A stretch of DNA of 52,865 nucleotides from Chiloscyllium plagiosum (lineage: Eukaryota): the NCBI RefSeq assembly GCF_004010195.1, contig NC_057718.1:23606612-23659476 (forward strand), read 5' to 3'. This document shows, in pieces, positions 33,956 through 46,922 of this stretch. Below the pieces are notes generated by a model, which was given only the letters and a program-made list of their open reading frames with translations, was not told where the DNA came from and searched no databases. The translations under genes and the position numbers were made by a program. Within the stretch, counting starts at the first letter, position 1. The number at the start of each line of letters is the position of its first letter.

Positions 33956-35177
33956 ATGTGGCTAGTTCTCTCACAAAGTCTGTGACATATCAGTTAAATC
34001 ACTTCTTACAACAGCTACCGAAGAAAAGATGAACTGGTTTTCTTCACCTTTAAAATAGGGTTTGATTGCAGAGAACAGAGAGACAGCTGCAATGGTGGTA
34101 GAGATCAAAATATCTCTCTCCATCCTGTGCCCATACCCAAATTTAGCTTCAGTTATCTGAGAACCAATCAGACAGTTGTTGGCAGACAAAATTATTTTGG
34201 CATCAATAACTGGTCACGGGTTCATCAACCAATCAACTTCTTGTTGCCACCCAGCTGCAACTGGTTCTAGTTGATTTGCAACCACTTCAATTCCTGTTTG
34301 TTCAGCTATTCACACAATGCTTGCCATGGGTTCAGCTGACATGCTTTTCAAAATGTCCAGCTGATTATGAGGCATTTCTTTCCCATTTCAGCCCACAACG
34401 TTTAGGCAACACTGTCTTTGCATCATAGATCTTCCATTGAGCAGGACGATTCCCCCAAAGAAATTCCTGGTATTTATATTTCCTCAAATTGGAAAGGGTT
34501 GATGAGAACAGAGAGCTAAATTCAAATCAGTGGATGAATGCATTTCCAGTCGGTGAGGCACAAATTCAGTATGGTTCAGTCTAAAATGCATTTTGTCCCC
34601 TCTGGCAAAGCAACTTGAATTTCTTGTATTCCTGTGGCATCTTTGGAAACTATTACACATCTGCCAGAGTTCAGGGAAGTATTGTACCATGAGTGAAGAC
34701 AATAAAAACACTGGGTCTGCTCTTCTCAAGCAATGATGCATAGTATTTTAGTTTCATTCATCACCAAAATTGTTGAAGATAAGGAATTTAATAGAAAACA
34801 GCTGCTTATACAGTGCCCATCTGCTCAAAGAAACATTTCCTTGACAACCTACTGTCACTAGTGAACATGCCATTCATTGGGGTCTAACCCAGTCAACTAT
34901 CTCCAAACTGTATAACTGACCAATATTTGAGCTAATGTCCATTGCAAATATGACTATGTCAATTATATTACATTTTGTTTCTCACATGTTATTACTACAC
35001 TATGAATTTGTCATCAATGAGCTTGTATATTCTGAAAAGTTCACTGTAAGCTTTTTACAGTAAAGTGGTCCTTGACAGAACTGCACAACAATTATTGCTG
35101 AAGCAAATAATTCCCACAACTCATGCACATTTAGATTGTAACTTCATGCTGCCACCATGAACAGTTCTGCATTGTGG

Positions 35178-35287
35178 AGAAAGTGAGGACTGCAAATGCT
35201 GGAGATTAGATCCATCAGTATGGTGCTGGAAAAGCACAGCAGGTCAGGCAGTATCTGAGGAGCAGGAAAATCGACGTTTCGGGCAAA
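35178..35287 (-). mobile_element. 110-bp PLE family A 3' end insertion
   Basis: 15-bp TSD AGTTCTGCATTGTGG (35163-35177, 35288-35302). Confidence 0.85.
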
Positions 35288-35734
35288 AGTTCTGCATTGT
35301 GGTCTATCCTCACCTTTACACTTCATTGCCAACAAAACAAAAGATTTTCTGATAAAATGGTGGATAAATGTGCCAAGTAGTGTGATCATTACAGATTCAG
35401 GGTGAGAGTTTAACTCATGCAATACCCACCCACTCAGACAAAATATAATGAATCCCTAATCTGTCTTGAGTCAACAGTTAGAAACAGGCTGCAAATAACT
35501 TCTTTGTTCCAATTAGGGAAGGGAAAAAATCTTCCATGTTTCCCAAATATGATAATGACCTAGAGAAGTTGCTAGAAATGTGTATGGGGAGATGCTGGGA
35601 GATTGTGTCTGATAGTGTTGTCCCCACATTTTCATAAACTGCTTACACTTTTGAGATCGACTCGTACATGCGGTAATGACATTTAAGTGAAGTATTGGAA
35701 AGCTAAGGGATTTCCACACACTAGATCCTGAGGA

Positions 35735-35990
35735 ACATACTTATGGTTGTACAAATTAGGCCATTTGGCCCCTTGAGCCTGTGCTGCTGTTGGATAAGAT
35801 CATGGCTGATCTGATTGTGGCCTTTACTTTCCTGACTGCCTTCTATACCATTTGACTCCATTGTCAATCAACAATCGATCTAATTCTTCCTTAAAATATC
35901 CAATGATCCAGCCACCACCGCTCTCTGTGAAAGAGGCTAATGACTGTCTGAGAGAAAGAAAGATAAACTCTCATTTCCATCTGGAGTGGG
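35735..35990 (-). mobile_element. CR1 LINE 3' end
   Basis: TAGGCCATTTGGCCCCTTGAGCCTG...AAGATCATGGCTGATCTGATT. Confidence 0.65.
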
Positions 35991-36639
35991 AGACCAGAAG
36001 AGAACCCATTGTTATCAATAGGCAGGTCAGGCAGTCAGCAGGTATGATGATAGCTCCTTGTGTTTGAGAAAGATGAAATTCTCCAGAATGGTCTATTAAT
36101 TTTGCTGGCTTCTGTTCAACTGAAAAAGTAAGAAAGTTACAGGGTAATTCCACATATGAGGAACTGAAGCTGTACTTGGCAACACGAGTTGGTGATTTGC
36201 TTAGATGACACCTCTCTGACCAATTATTTTACCTGTGACATGAATCCATTTATTTTATGTTTTGGTACCTGAGTTAAAGTAGTAAACTCCAAGTAAGCAT
36301 TAAAGTTTGTTCCTGGGTACCACTAACTATCTATGATTCTATGATTCTATTGCAACCATGTCATTGAAATGACTTTGTTCAAACTCAGGAGAAGTCTGTC
36401 ACTGGACCACAATGTGGTTTTCTGGCTCAATTTCCTCAATCTCTCTCCAAACTTTGACATCACTGACTATAAGCTCTTATTGTTGCTCCTGTGTTGTCCA
36501 AAGTAATTAGGTCAACTTAATTTCAATCTTCGCCCCCACAGTGTCTCCTGTAATGCATTCCAACCCCTATGTTGTGTTATATGGATGAGAAAGGGTCTGA
36601 AAGGGTTAGTATTTGACTGAGTGCACAAGCATCTCTCAT

Positions 36640-37197
36640 CAATTCATGAAGTATTGTGTACCATTTTGGGCTTCTTATCTAAGGAAATATGTAATTACTG
36701 TAGAGTGAGAGCAATGGAATTTCATCAGACTAATCCCTGGATTTGGCAAGACTTTCTTGTGTGGAAGTGTCAAGGAAATGGGGGCCGCATTCTACAGAGT
36801 ATCAAAGAATGAGAGGTGATTTCATTGAAACTTATAAAATTCTGATAGGGTGTGTGATAGGGTGGACATCGATAAAATATTTCTCCTGGCTGCTGAGCCT
36901 GAAACTAAGGGGTATAATATCAGGATTAGCAGTCAGCCATTTATGACTGAGATGAGGAGGAATTTCTTTACTTGGAGTGTGACATATCTTTGAAATTCTC
37001 TACCCTAGAAGGCTGTCGAAACTCTATCATTAAGCCAGTTTAAGACAGAAATTGATAAATTATTGGTAACTCATGACATCAAGGGATATGGAGATCATGT
37101 GGCAAAGTCGTATTGTAGGAGATGATCAGCGATGATCTAATTGGATAGTAGGGACATCTCACTGAGCTAACTGGCTTGTATCTGCTTTTATGTTCCA
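36640..37197 (+). mobile_element. Older CR1 LINE 3' part
   Basis: RMRGDFIETYKILIG; TGAGATGAGGAGGAATTTCTTT; 3' UTR. Confidence 0.75.
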
Positions 37198-37397
37198 CAA
37201 TATCAATGTCATGAGCACTTGACGGGAGAATAAAATCTGAACTCCTGAGAGACCAAACTGAAGGAACTTCCAAAATTCTTTGCAGTAAAAAGACCTTATT
37301 CTTGTAGCCTGGAAATACCTTATTTACTCGACAAGACTATTCTTGTTAGTCCAGACACACACACATATCATATATTGTCCTAAATAGCCTGCACACT

Positions 37398-38342
37398 GTT
37401 CATTGTCATTTCTATAAACAATTTGGATGAGAATACAGGAGGCATGGTTTGTAGGCTTTGCAGATGACACAAAAATTGGTGGTACAATTGATAGTGAAGA
37501 AGGTTATTTAAGGTTACAAAGGGATCTTGGTCAATTGAGCCAATGGGCTGAGGAGTGGCAGACAAATGTGAGGTATTGCATTTTGGAAAAATGGAGAAAA
37601 GCAATACTTATTGAAGTAATGGTTGGACCCTGGGGAGTGTTTTAGAACAGAGAGACCTTGGGGTTCAGGTACATCGTTCTCTGAAAGTTGCATCCGAAGT
37701 AGACAGGGTGGTTACGAAGGCATTTAACACGCTTGTCTTCATTGCTCAGACCATTGATTATAAGAGTTGGGACTTCCTGTTGAAATTGTACAGGACATTG
37801 GTGAGGCCACTTTTGGAGTAATGTGTGCAGTTCTGGTTGCCCTTCTATCAGCAGTATAATAGTAAATTGGAGAGGGTATTTACCAGGCTGTTGCTGGAAA
37901 TGGAGGGTTTGAGTTACAGGGACAGGCTGGATAAGCTGGAGCTTTTTTCACTGAAAAAAGGGAGTTTGAGCGGTGATCTTATAGCGGTCTATAATATCAT
38001 GAGGGGCATGGATAAGGTGAATAGCAAAGCTCTTTTCCTTAGGGTAGGGGAATTCAAAACTAGGGGGTTGTATTTTAAGGTGAGAGCAGTAAGATTTAAA
38101 AGGGACCCAACAGGCAACTTTTTCACAGCAGAGGGTGGTTTGTTTGTGGAATGAACTGCCAGAGGAAGTGGTAGAGGTAAGTACAATTACAACATTTGAA
38201 AGACATTTGGAAGGATACATAAATAGGAAAGGTTTAGAGGGATTTGGGTCAAATGCAGATGTGGGATTAGTTTAGTTTGGGAAATTCGGTTGGCATGGAC
38301 GAGATGGACCAAAGGGGCTGATTCCGTGCTGTATGACTGTAA
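37398..38342 (+). mobile_element. CR1/HER1-type LINE RT plus 3' end
   Basis: FADDTKIGGTIDSEEGYLRLQRDLGQLSQWAEEWQ and DRLDKLELFSL..GDLIAVYNIMRG. Confidence 0.9.
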
Positions 38343-39439
38343 GATGTAGATGGCAACATACACAATACACTATACTGCTGGAGTCATGCAAAAATCTATC
38401 CTTGCCCCCAATATAGTGGTGACCCATGACCAGATCATCCATGAACATGAGGTCTCATTCCATAAGTAAGTTGGCTACAGTCTGATGTTAGTGAAGCAAT
38501 GTTGACCATTAAAGATTCTTAATTGGATGACCAGTATCAATGGCAGCAGGCAGTCAATGTTCATGACATCTGTCACCCAATTTTAGGCCTCCCCGCCTGT
38601 TAGCACATGTCGATTGGCACCCATGAAATGTCACCTAATGAACCGAGTGCTAGGAGTCATTAGAGAATTGGAAGTATTTAAAACGTTCTGTATTAATATT
38701 CTGCACTCTAGCATCAGTCTGAAAACAATTGTTTTCAAATACATTGTGTCGCAGACACTAACCCTTTTATATGTTAATTCATCTATTACAAAGATAGGAA
38801 GACAGTGACTCTTTCGCTGGTTTGATGAAAAGAACAGCTAACTAGGGGATAAGCCTAATGCTGTCATGTTAGCTGGAGTTCATGGCAATATGCTAATTCT
38901 GTCTAGCGCTGAGATTATCAAGTGGGCTTTCTGTACCATAAAGAGCTATGATCTTTATGGCCTGAAAACATTTACTTATTTGCAGAATTCATCTAAATGC
39001 AAATATATTAAAAATGAATGTATATCTTATGATGGTTCTTATGATAAGTGTGGATAATATGCTGTTTCTCAAATTTAATCAAAAAACCTTCAATATATTC
39101 TGCAATGTCATGGTGCAGTTTTGTCATTTAGTATCTTCAAGGAAATATGATGGCCCATATTTTCTAAATGGTCTGTGTGTTAATAATATAACACACTACA
39201 TGGCTCATTTTTCTTCTTGCTCTCAGTTATGAGGTGAAGAAAAATAAGAATGGGGTATGGTGGAAGTGGGATGTTGTCCATTCAGCTGAGTTTGGGTGAT
39301 GTTCATGGTCTGGTGTACACAAGGGTTTCACAAGGATTTGTTATTTCATGTGGTACTTGCATGGGCCAACCAACTGGTTGGGCATTAATAGGAGCATGCG
39401 ACACATTGCATTCATGGTAATCTCCATTTGAGTTGGCAC

Positions 39440-40190
39440 AATGCAACAGATGCTGGGAAGTTGAAGTAACTACAGAAGATGTTGGAAATACTCAGCAGGT
39501 GTGGAAAGCAAAACAGACTTAACCTTTCAGATCTGTAATCATTCATCAGAACTGAGAGGAGTCTAAAATGCAACATGTTTGGAGCAAATGAGAGAGGAAA
39601 GAATACGAGAAAGAATGAAAGTGAAGGTCTGTGATAGGGTGAAGGACAGGGAAGATTACAACTTCTGGACTTTGCAATATTCAACTATTTTCAATCATAA
39701 CCTTCTCCCCTCTTTGCTTTGTGTCTTCTTTTACCGCTGGATCATTTTATCCCTCATCTGTGTTCAGGCTGGGACTCTCCGGACATCCACACATTTTCTG
39801 GACACACTTCTACGACCACCTTGAAGATATCCTCCTTACTCACCATCACTGTGATTCTCACTGTATTTTTATTCCCACATCATGTCCTTAGTTGAACCAG
39901 GTACAACAATTACAATGGGAAGTGTAATTCTCCACCTAGATTTCTTTCGCTCTGCTCTTCAAACCACCACTATATGATTACACATTATTTCCCCTTACAT
40001 GCCTCCACCACCACAATTGCTTTCTTTACAGACTGCTGCACTGTGTGCTTACTTTATTCCTGTACTTGTTCAATAATTATTCCATCAGGCTTTGTACAAT
40101 GAAACCTTTTGTGATTTAATCTTTCCTGCCCTCCACCCTATCACATACCTTTCCCTTTGTCCGGTTCTCCTTAATTCCCATTCCGTTCTT
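39440..40190. mobile_element. Old PLE-derived fragments in both orientations
   Basis: Family D pseudo-LTR on the minus strand (39440-39560); AACCTTTTGTGATTTAATCTTTCCTGCCCTCCACCCTATCACA near 40100-40145 resembles the family D body. Confidence 0.4.
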
Positions 40191-40199
40191 TCAAAGTCT

Positions 40200-42860
40200 A
40201 TTCCATGTCTACCTTTCTTTCCCAACTCCTTCTTGAAATCATGCAATGCTTTGGCCTCGATAGCTTTCTGTGGTAGTAAATCCAACAGGCTCACTACTCT
40301 CTGGATGAAGACATTTCTCCACATCTCAGTCCGAAATGGTTTACCCCATATCTTAGATGTGACCAGTGGTTCTGGATTCCCCTGCTATCAGGAACATCAG
40401 AACATAAGAACTGGGAGCAGGAGTAGGCCATCTGGCCCTTCAAGCCTGCTTTGCCATTCAATAAGTTCATGGCTGATCTTTTTGGGGCCTCAGCTCCACT
40501 TACATGCCCACTCACCATAACCTTTAATTCCTTTATTGTTCAAAAGAAACTTAGCTGTAAAAGTATTTACTGAGGTAGCATCAACTACTTCCCTGGGCAG
40601 GTAATTCCATAGATTTACAATCCTCTGGCTGAAGAAGTTCCTTCTCAATTCAGTCCTAAATCTGCTCCCTCGAATTTTCAGGCTATGCCCTCTTGTCCTA
40701 GTTTCACCTGCCAGTGGAAACATCCTCTCTGCATCTGTCTTGCCTTTATAATTTTATATATTTCTATAAGATTCCCCTCTCATTCCTCTAAATTTCAATG
40801 AATATAATCCCATTCTACTCAGTCTCACCTCATAAACCAATCCTCTCAACTCCGGAATCAACCTAGTGAACCTCTTCTGTACCCTTTCCAGTGCTAGTCC
40901 ATCCTTTCTCAAGTAAGGAGACCAAAACACAGTACTCCAGGTGTGGCCTTCCTATGCAGCTGCAACACAACCTCCCTGCTTTTAAACTCAATCTCTTTAG
41001 CAATGAAGGACAAAATTCCATTTGCTTTCCTAATTACTTGTTGTACCTGCAGACCAACCTTCTGTGATTCATGCACAAGGACACCCAGATCCTTCCACAT
41101 AGCAGCATGCTGCAACTTTTTACCATTCAAGTAATAGTCCTTTTTACTATTACTCCTACCAAAATGGATGACTTCACATTTATTAACATTATATTCCATC
41201 TGCCAGACCTTTGCCCACTCACTTAGAGTATCTTTGTTCCTCTGCAAAGTTTCACAGTCCTCTGCACACTTTGCTCTGCTATTCATCTTAGTGTCATCTG
41301 TAAAATTTGACATACTACACGTGGTCCCCAACTCCAAATCATCTATGTAAATTGTCAATATTTGTGGTCCCAACACTGATTCCTGAGGCACACCACTAGT
41401 TAATGATTTTTTACAAACCCACCGACTTCCACAGCTACCTGGATTACACCTCTTCCCACCCTACCTCTTGCAAAAATGCCATCCCCTATTCCCAATTCCT
41501 CTGCCTCCGCCGTATCTGCTCCCAGGAGGACCAGTTCCACCACAGAAAACACACCAGATGGCCTCCTTCTTTAGAGACCGCAATTTCCCTTCCCACGGGG
41601 TTAAAGATGCCCTCCAACGCATCTCGTCCACATCCCGCACCTCTGCCCTCATACCCCACCCCTCCAACCGTAACAAGGACAGAACGCCCCTGGTGCTCAC
41701 CTTCCACCCTACCAACCTTTGCATAAACCAAATCATCCGCCGACATTTCCGCCACCTCCAAACAGACCCCGCCACCAGGGATATATTTCCCTCCCCACCC
41801 CTTTCCGCCTTCCGTAAAGACCGTTCCCTCNNNNNNNNNNNNNNNNNNNNNNNNNNNNNNNNNNNNNNNNNNNNNNNNNNNNNNNNNNNNNNNNNNNNNN
41901 NNNNNNNNNNNNNNNNNNNNNNNNNNNNNNNNNNNNNNNNNNNNNNNNNNNNNNNNNNNNNNNNNNNNNNNNNNNNNNNNNNNNNNNNNNNNNNNNNNNN
42001 NNNNNNNNNNNNNNNNNNNNNNNNNNNNNNNNNNNNNNNNNNNNNNNNNNNNNNNNNNNNNNNNNNNNNNNNNNNNNNNNNNNNNNNNNNNNNNNNNNNN
42101 NNNNNNNNNNNNNNNNNNNNNNNNNNNNNNNNNNNNNNNNNNNNNNNNNNNNNNNNNNNNNNNNNNNNNNNNNNNNNNNNNNNNNNNNNNNNNNNNNNNN
42201 NNNNNNNNNNNNNNNNNNNNNNNNNNNNNNNNNNNNNNNNNNNNNTTGTACTCTATGCTACTTTCTCCCCACCCCCACCCTCCTCTAGCTTATCTCTCCA
42301 CGCTTCAGGCTCACTGCCTTTATTCCTGATGATTGGCTTTTGCCCGAAACGTCGATTTCGAAGCTCCTTGGATGCTGCCTGAACTGCTGTGCTCTTCCAG
42401 CACCACTAATCCAGAAACTAGTTAATGATTGCCAACCAGAATAGCACTCATATATCCACACTCTTTGCTTCTCGTTAGTCAATCAATCCTCTATCATGCT
42501 AATACTTTACCGATAATGCCATGCATCTTTACCTTTTTTAGCAGCCTCTTGTGCGGCACCATGTCAAAGGCCTTTTGGAAATCTTGGTACACCACATCCA
42601 CTGGGTCCCTGTTGTCCACTGTGCTCACAATATCTTCATAGAATTCCAAAGGATTAGTTAAGCATGACCTGCCCTTCATGAACCCACGCTGTGTCTGCCC
42701 AAACAGGCCACGTCTATCTAGATGCCTTGCTATTTTTTCCTTGATAATAGATTTAAGCATCTTCCCCACTTCAGAAGTTAAGCTAACTGGTCAATAATTT
42801 CCCATCTTTGTCTAACTCCCTCTTTAAACAGTGGCGTCGCATTAGCTGTTCTTCTACCAA
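40200..42860 (-). mobile_element. CR1 LINE RT region and 3' end, split by the PLE at 41409-42416; a second 3' fragment at 40200-40395
   Basis: GFMKGRSCLTN..DVVYQDFQKAFDMVPHKRLL, VPQESVLGPQILTIYIDDL..FTDDTK and RTRGHSLKIRGSRFRTELRRNFFSQR. Confidence 0.92.
41409..42416 (+). mobile_element. PLE family A insertion (RT thumb/linker, assembly gap, pseudo-LTR)
   Basis: FYKPTDFHSYLDYTSSHPTSCKNAIPYSQFLCLRRICS; 14-bp TSD ACTAGTTAATGATT (41395-41408, 42417-42430). Confidence 0.9.
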
Positions 42861-42861
42861 A

Positions 42862-43200
42862 GCGGACAACCACACATTTTTCAATATTATAATGCATCTG
42901 CCACGCTTTGCCCACTGACTCAGCCTGTGCAAATCACACTGAAGTATCTCTGCAGCCTCTTTACTGCTCACCCTCCCACTCAGCTTTGTGTTATCTGCAA
43001 ATTTGGAGATATTACATTTAGTTCCCTCATTCAAATCATTCATATATATTGTGAGTAGCTGGGGTCTCAGCACTGATTACTGCGGTAGACCATTAGTCAC
43101 TACCTGCCAATCAGATAAAGACTCGTTTAATTCATTTGTTTTCTGTCCACCAACCAATCAGTAAATAATCTCCAATCCCATGCACTTTAATTCCACACAC
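42862..43200 (-). mobile_element. CR1 LINE RT fragment
   Basis: LRPQLLTIYMNDLNEGTKCNISKFADNTKLSG. Confidence 0.85.
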
Positions 43201-44069
43201 TTGTCCCCACACTATTTCTGGGGATGGCAAGACTATCCTCAGCATGCACCCAACCTTCAAGTTCCCTACCAGAATGGAAAGCCCATTTGGTCAGGCAATG
43301 TTTTTGAAGGCCAGCACACCAATTTCGGAAATTTCTTAACATCTGCAATCCATCCTGAAGATGAAAATGCTGTCCAATGTTCTCTTTGCTCACCATCACT
43401 GTGATTCTGACTGTCTTTTTTTTGCCCACAAGATGTCCTTGGTTGAATCAGCATAGGTACAACAAATAGCATCGGAGATATCATCCGCCCTCTAGATTTT
43501 TTTTCCTGTGCTCTCCAACCCAATACTTTCAAAAGCACAGAATTACACATTATTCCCCATTATGTGCCCCCACCACCATAATTATCTTCTTTTTTCTTCC
43601 ACATCTTTCCACCCCTAGGGTTTTCTCTGTCCTCACCATTCACTGGGTCTAAATGATCCATGTTGTAGTCAAATAGTCATTAACAACAAGCTCAAAATGA
43701 TATAAAGAATTATTAATGTAAGAATCAAAATGGAACAGTTGAAACTTGATTCATATATTATTTCTCTCTCAGGTTTAGATTATGTTCTGTCAGTTTTTCA
43801 TATTGCAAGGATTATCAAAGGCCATTTGACCCAAATTGTCCATGATGCGGCAAGCAAGCCTCCTCCTCTATTCTTTTTTCTAAATCTACTATTGTGACCA
43901 GTTATTTCATTACCTCTCATAGATTGTCTCATTTCCTTTTCAGTGCAACTAAACCATTTGTCTCACCTCTCCCAATGGTAGTGAGTTCCACATTTGTACC
44001 ACACTCTGATTAGATTCTTCTGAATTCTATAGGATTACTTGGTGACTATCACATATTGAGAGCCTATAG

Positions 44070-44410
44070 TGTTTTCTGCCTAGCATTTCTGTATTTCTCT
44101 TCATTCCTGTTTATTGGTTTTGACAAAATCCATAACAGTTTCATTCAGCTTTTCTTTGCTGTCAATGTTAATGTTTCTCTTTTTTTTTGTTTCCCTATTT
44201 ATATGGTTGTATGTGTGTATATCTCTCATTTGCTCGCTCTATCTCTGTCTATTCAAGTTTTTGTATATTTTATTCCTTCTCTCTTTGGATATCTGGTTTA
44301 TCTATGTTTGCTGGTTCCTTTCCTCCCACTTATTTGTTTCTCTGCTCTTCTTTAATCAGAGCCATCATCTCTGTTCAGACTTATCTGTTCTTATCCATAT
44401 GATATCCAAT
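44070..44410. repeat. T-rich low-complexity tract (decayed TCT/TAT-type simple repeats)
   Basis: Directly visible composition bias. Confidence 0.6.
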
Positions 44411-46535
44411 TGTCTTTGGTATTGTAAGGCTGTCCCCTGTTTCTCAGATTGTCCCTGCCACCTGATAGTAATGATATGAGAAGTCAAAGCAATAACACCT
44501 TATGTGGATCTTTTGGTACTCACTTGTGATTCATTTCCTCTACTCTGTTAAGCGTAACATTTTTGCTGAACCACATGTGTCTTTCCATCTCCCCTTGACC
44601 TCTGACTGGAAGAGGGAAGCAAGTGTGCATTGAAAATGTACAGCTGCAGGTCACTAGTGAATTGCTGAATGTCAAGACTAGTGGACGAGGGAGAAAAAAG
44701 CATGTCCGAACTCAGTAAGACTTGATTATAGTCTTTGCTACATGATTCGGTTTCATGTTAAACCTACTTTTGCTACAAAGCTGCACTGCAGAGGAAGCTG
44801 TCTGTATTGGCTGGATACAACAGTCCAAAAGATTCTTTAATTTTCCTTTTGCATTTCACTCACTAAACGAGCAGATGTAATTACAGGACGATTTAAAGAG
44901 AAAATACATTGTTTGCCCTTGATGGTTTCAGGTATAAATACATGCTAATGATCCCCAAGGGCCAAGAAAGCCCCAAATTGATTTCCTGCTCTGGTGCTGA
45001 ATTAGCTGCTCTCACATTCTCTTGTGGCTTTCGACTGGGGAAAGACATAAAGTGTCCAATTTATCAGTGTCTATCGGAATGGCATTCTTTCTGCTAGATG
45101 TCAGAGAAGGACAAGATCTGACTTGGTTGCAATGCACCCATTGGCAAATGCCACAAGGGCATTCACTGCCTGGGCTCAGAACTTGAAAGTTAACCATTTT
45201 CACAAGGGGTGCCACAAGAGCTGACACACCAACACTAGCTGCTACATCCTCAAGAGAATGCACGGTTAAGGGAAATAAAATACTGTTCTGGTTAAGTAGT
45301 CACAATTAGCCATCAATTAGTTTCAAACTATAACTCATCCCTGGAGTACTGTTGACATTCAGAAGCTGGAAAGCTTCTCTGTTGTGGGTTGTCATTTGTT
45401 TTACAGAATGAACCAATAGAATTGCAAATCTTTGTTCCTTGTAAAATAATAATAATGCAAGTGATCTTCAAGGATTAATAACCATTCTGCTGAATGACTT
45501 ACAAATACTGAGAAAGAGTTATAAATAATATGGTTGGCCATAGTGACATACTCAGAAGGTTGGTTTTAGAATTTTACTGTGATCTCATCATATCTGTGTA
45601 TTAAGATTCTGTTCACATCAGCAGTTGCTATTAGAAGTTGGAAAACCATTGGGAGATTTAATTTTAAAATGGCGATCGATTTTCTTTTCCCCATTCTGAC
45701 AGATTAGTGAATGGAATACTAGGACTAATTTAAACAATGGGCTCAAAGACGTGGCATCACTGGGCACTTTTGAAACCAATGCCAGTGACAGGTTTATCAT
45801 TGTTGCTTAGCAAAGAATGATTACATGCACCTCCCTTGTCAATTATTGCTTAAATATATAGCAAGACCTTTGGAATATTTATATAATTAGAAAGTAATGT
45901 ACAGAGAACTTCTGTGCTAAATCTCGGCTGCAGCAACTTTTACTTAAACATGCTGGCAATGTCTACCTCTTATGGATTGTGGATTTATATTAAATTGCTT
46001 TAATATTTAGTGATTTAATTCATTTATAGGTAAATCTTTAAGTAGAAGTTGTATCAAATTGTGCATAATTTGGGGAAGTAAGCTGTATGGGAGGCAGGGT
46101 CAATTGCAAATGCTATTCAATGCATTTTAATAGCAGAATGGAGTTGGAAATGACCTTTGTAGCATCATCCATGAAGCTGAGCAAGTGTGTGACCTGAACA
46201 GAGCAGCACAGCTTGCTGCCCTGTGCATTCGACATTCCTCAGCTATCCTTCAAATTCACAGCGTGCATATAGATCAAGTAGGTGTGCCAGCCATGACATC
46301 ACCAGCACAGCAACAAATCAGATCGGCACATGGGCGGCATCAATTTCCAAGCGCCTGAAGGTATTTCCAGTACTGTATGTACTGGGCAGTGCAACAGAGG
46401 TTCGAAGCCAACAAGCAGACGGTAATAGACAGCGCGAACACGGCAAGGGACTAACTGAAAGGAGACGGAAAGTACCACAATGAGAGGGACCCGTTAGAAT
46501 TGGCCAAGTTTTGCTTTGGTGGATTATTGCATACA

Positions 46536-46600
46536 ATGGGACAGCCAAGTTACTTGTTCAGTCTGTCACATCCAAACCGTACCTGCGGAGAATGGGAAAG
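46536..46600 (+). CDS. Possible first coding exon: MGQPSYLFSLSHPNRTCGEWE+2 nt (ATG 46536) or MGK (ATG 46592); may instead be 5' UTR
   Basis: Both ATGs have A at -3 and G at +4 and run open to the donor; protein not recognised. Confidence 0.25.
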
Positions 46601-46901
46601 GTAAGCGCTGCTTGTTTTTTTGGGAATATTCACAGAAGAACCGATTCTCATTGCAGTGTTGATAATATTTGCGAAGGATGCCACATTGTCAGATAGGTGA
46701 CGGGTAAAAAGCAGGTGTATCCACCCACCCCCTCCCAAAATAAGGCACGCCTGCTGAACGCTGTAGTTTAGCGAAGTTTTCATCGGAAGCCGGCTCCTAA
46801 TGTCAGAGCATTGAACCTGTCGTAAGGGACGAATTCTTTTCCTCTTTTTTTTTCTCTTTCCCCCGGGTAATCAGGGTGTTTTTTTCCCTTTAATTCCCCC
46901 C

Positions 46902-46922
46902 CTCAGCACCTTGGAGATCACA
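46902..46922 (+). promoter_or_regulatory. RE1/NRSE (REST-binding)-like site
   Basis: CTCAGCACCTTGGAGATCACA against TTCAGCACCnnGGACAGCGCC; left half and spacing fit, one core mismatch (AG>AT). Confidence 0.45.

Noticed and set aside
32860..34450. Possible long solo LTR around nested LINE and PLE pieces
   Set aside because: I could not define TG...CA ends, a TSD or a second copy.
40909..41391. 160-aa reverse-transcriptase ORF as a retron-like or novel RT system
   Set aside because: Ordinary CR1 ORF2 fragment, split by a PLE and frameshifted.
41468..42382. Longest ORF in the track (304 aa)
   Set aside because: It stays open only because it crosses the 415-N gap; the real part is a frameshifted PLE fragment.
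2037..42416. Dispersed GATGCTGCC..ACCTGCTG..TTTTCCAGCA repeats as a CRISPR-like or regulatory array
   Set aside because: Irregular spacing, both orientations, individual TSDs and linkage to GIY-YIG sequence identify them as PLE termini.
44056..44479. Overlapping hydrophobic membrane-protein-like ORFs
   Set aside because: All three frames are open because the tract is T-rich low-complexity sequence.
45012..45263. 83-aa Cys-containing minus-strand ORF in the repeat-poor zone
   Set aside because: Non-ATG start, no recognisable domain and no clean splice pair.
46592..46600. MGK first exon as ATP1A1, IGF1, NCS1/hippocalcin-family or NKAIN1
   Set aside because: As I recall, those genes have longer first coding exons; three codons cannot identify a gene.
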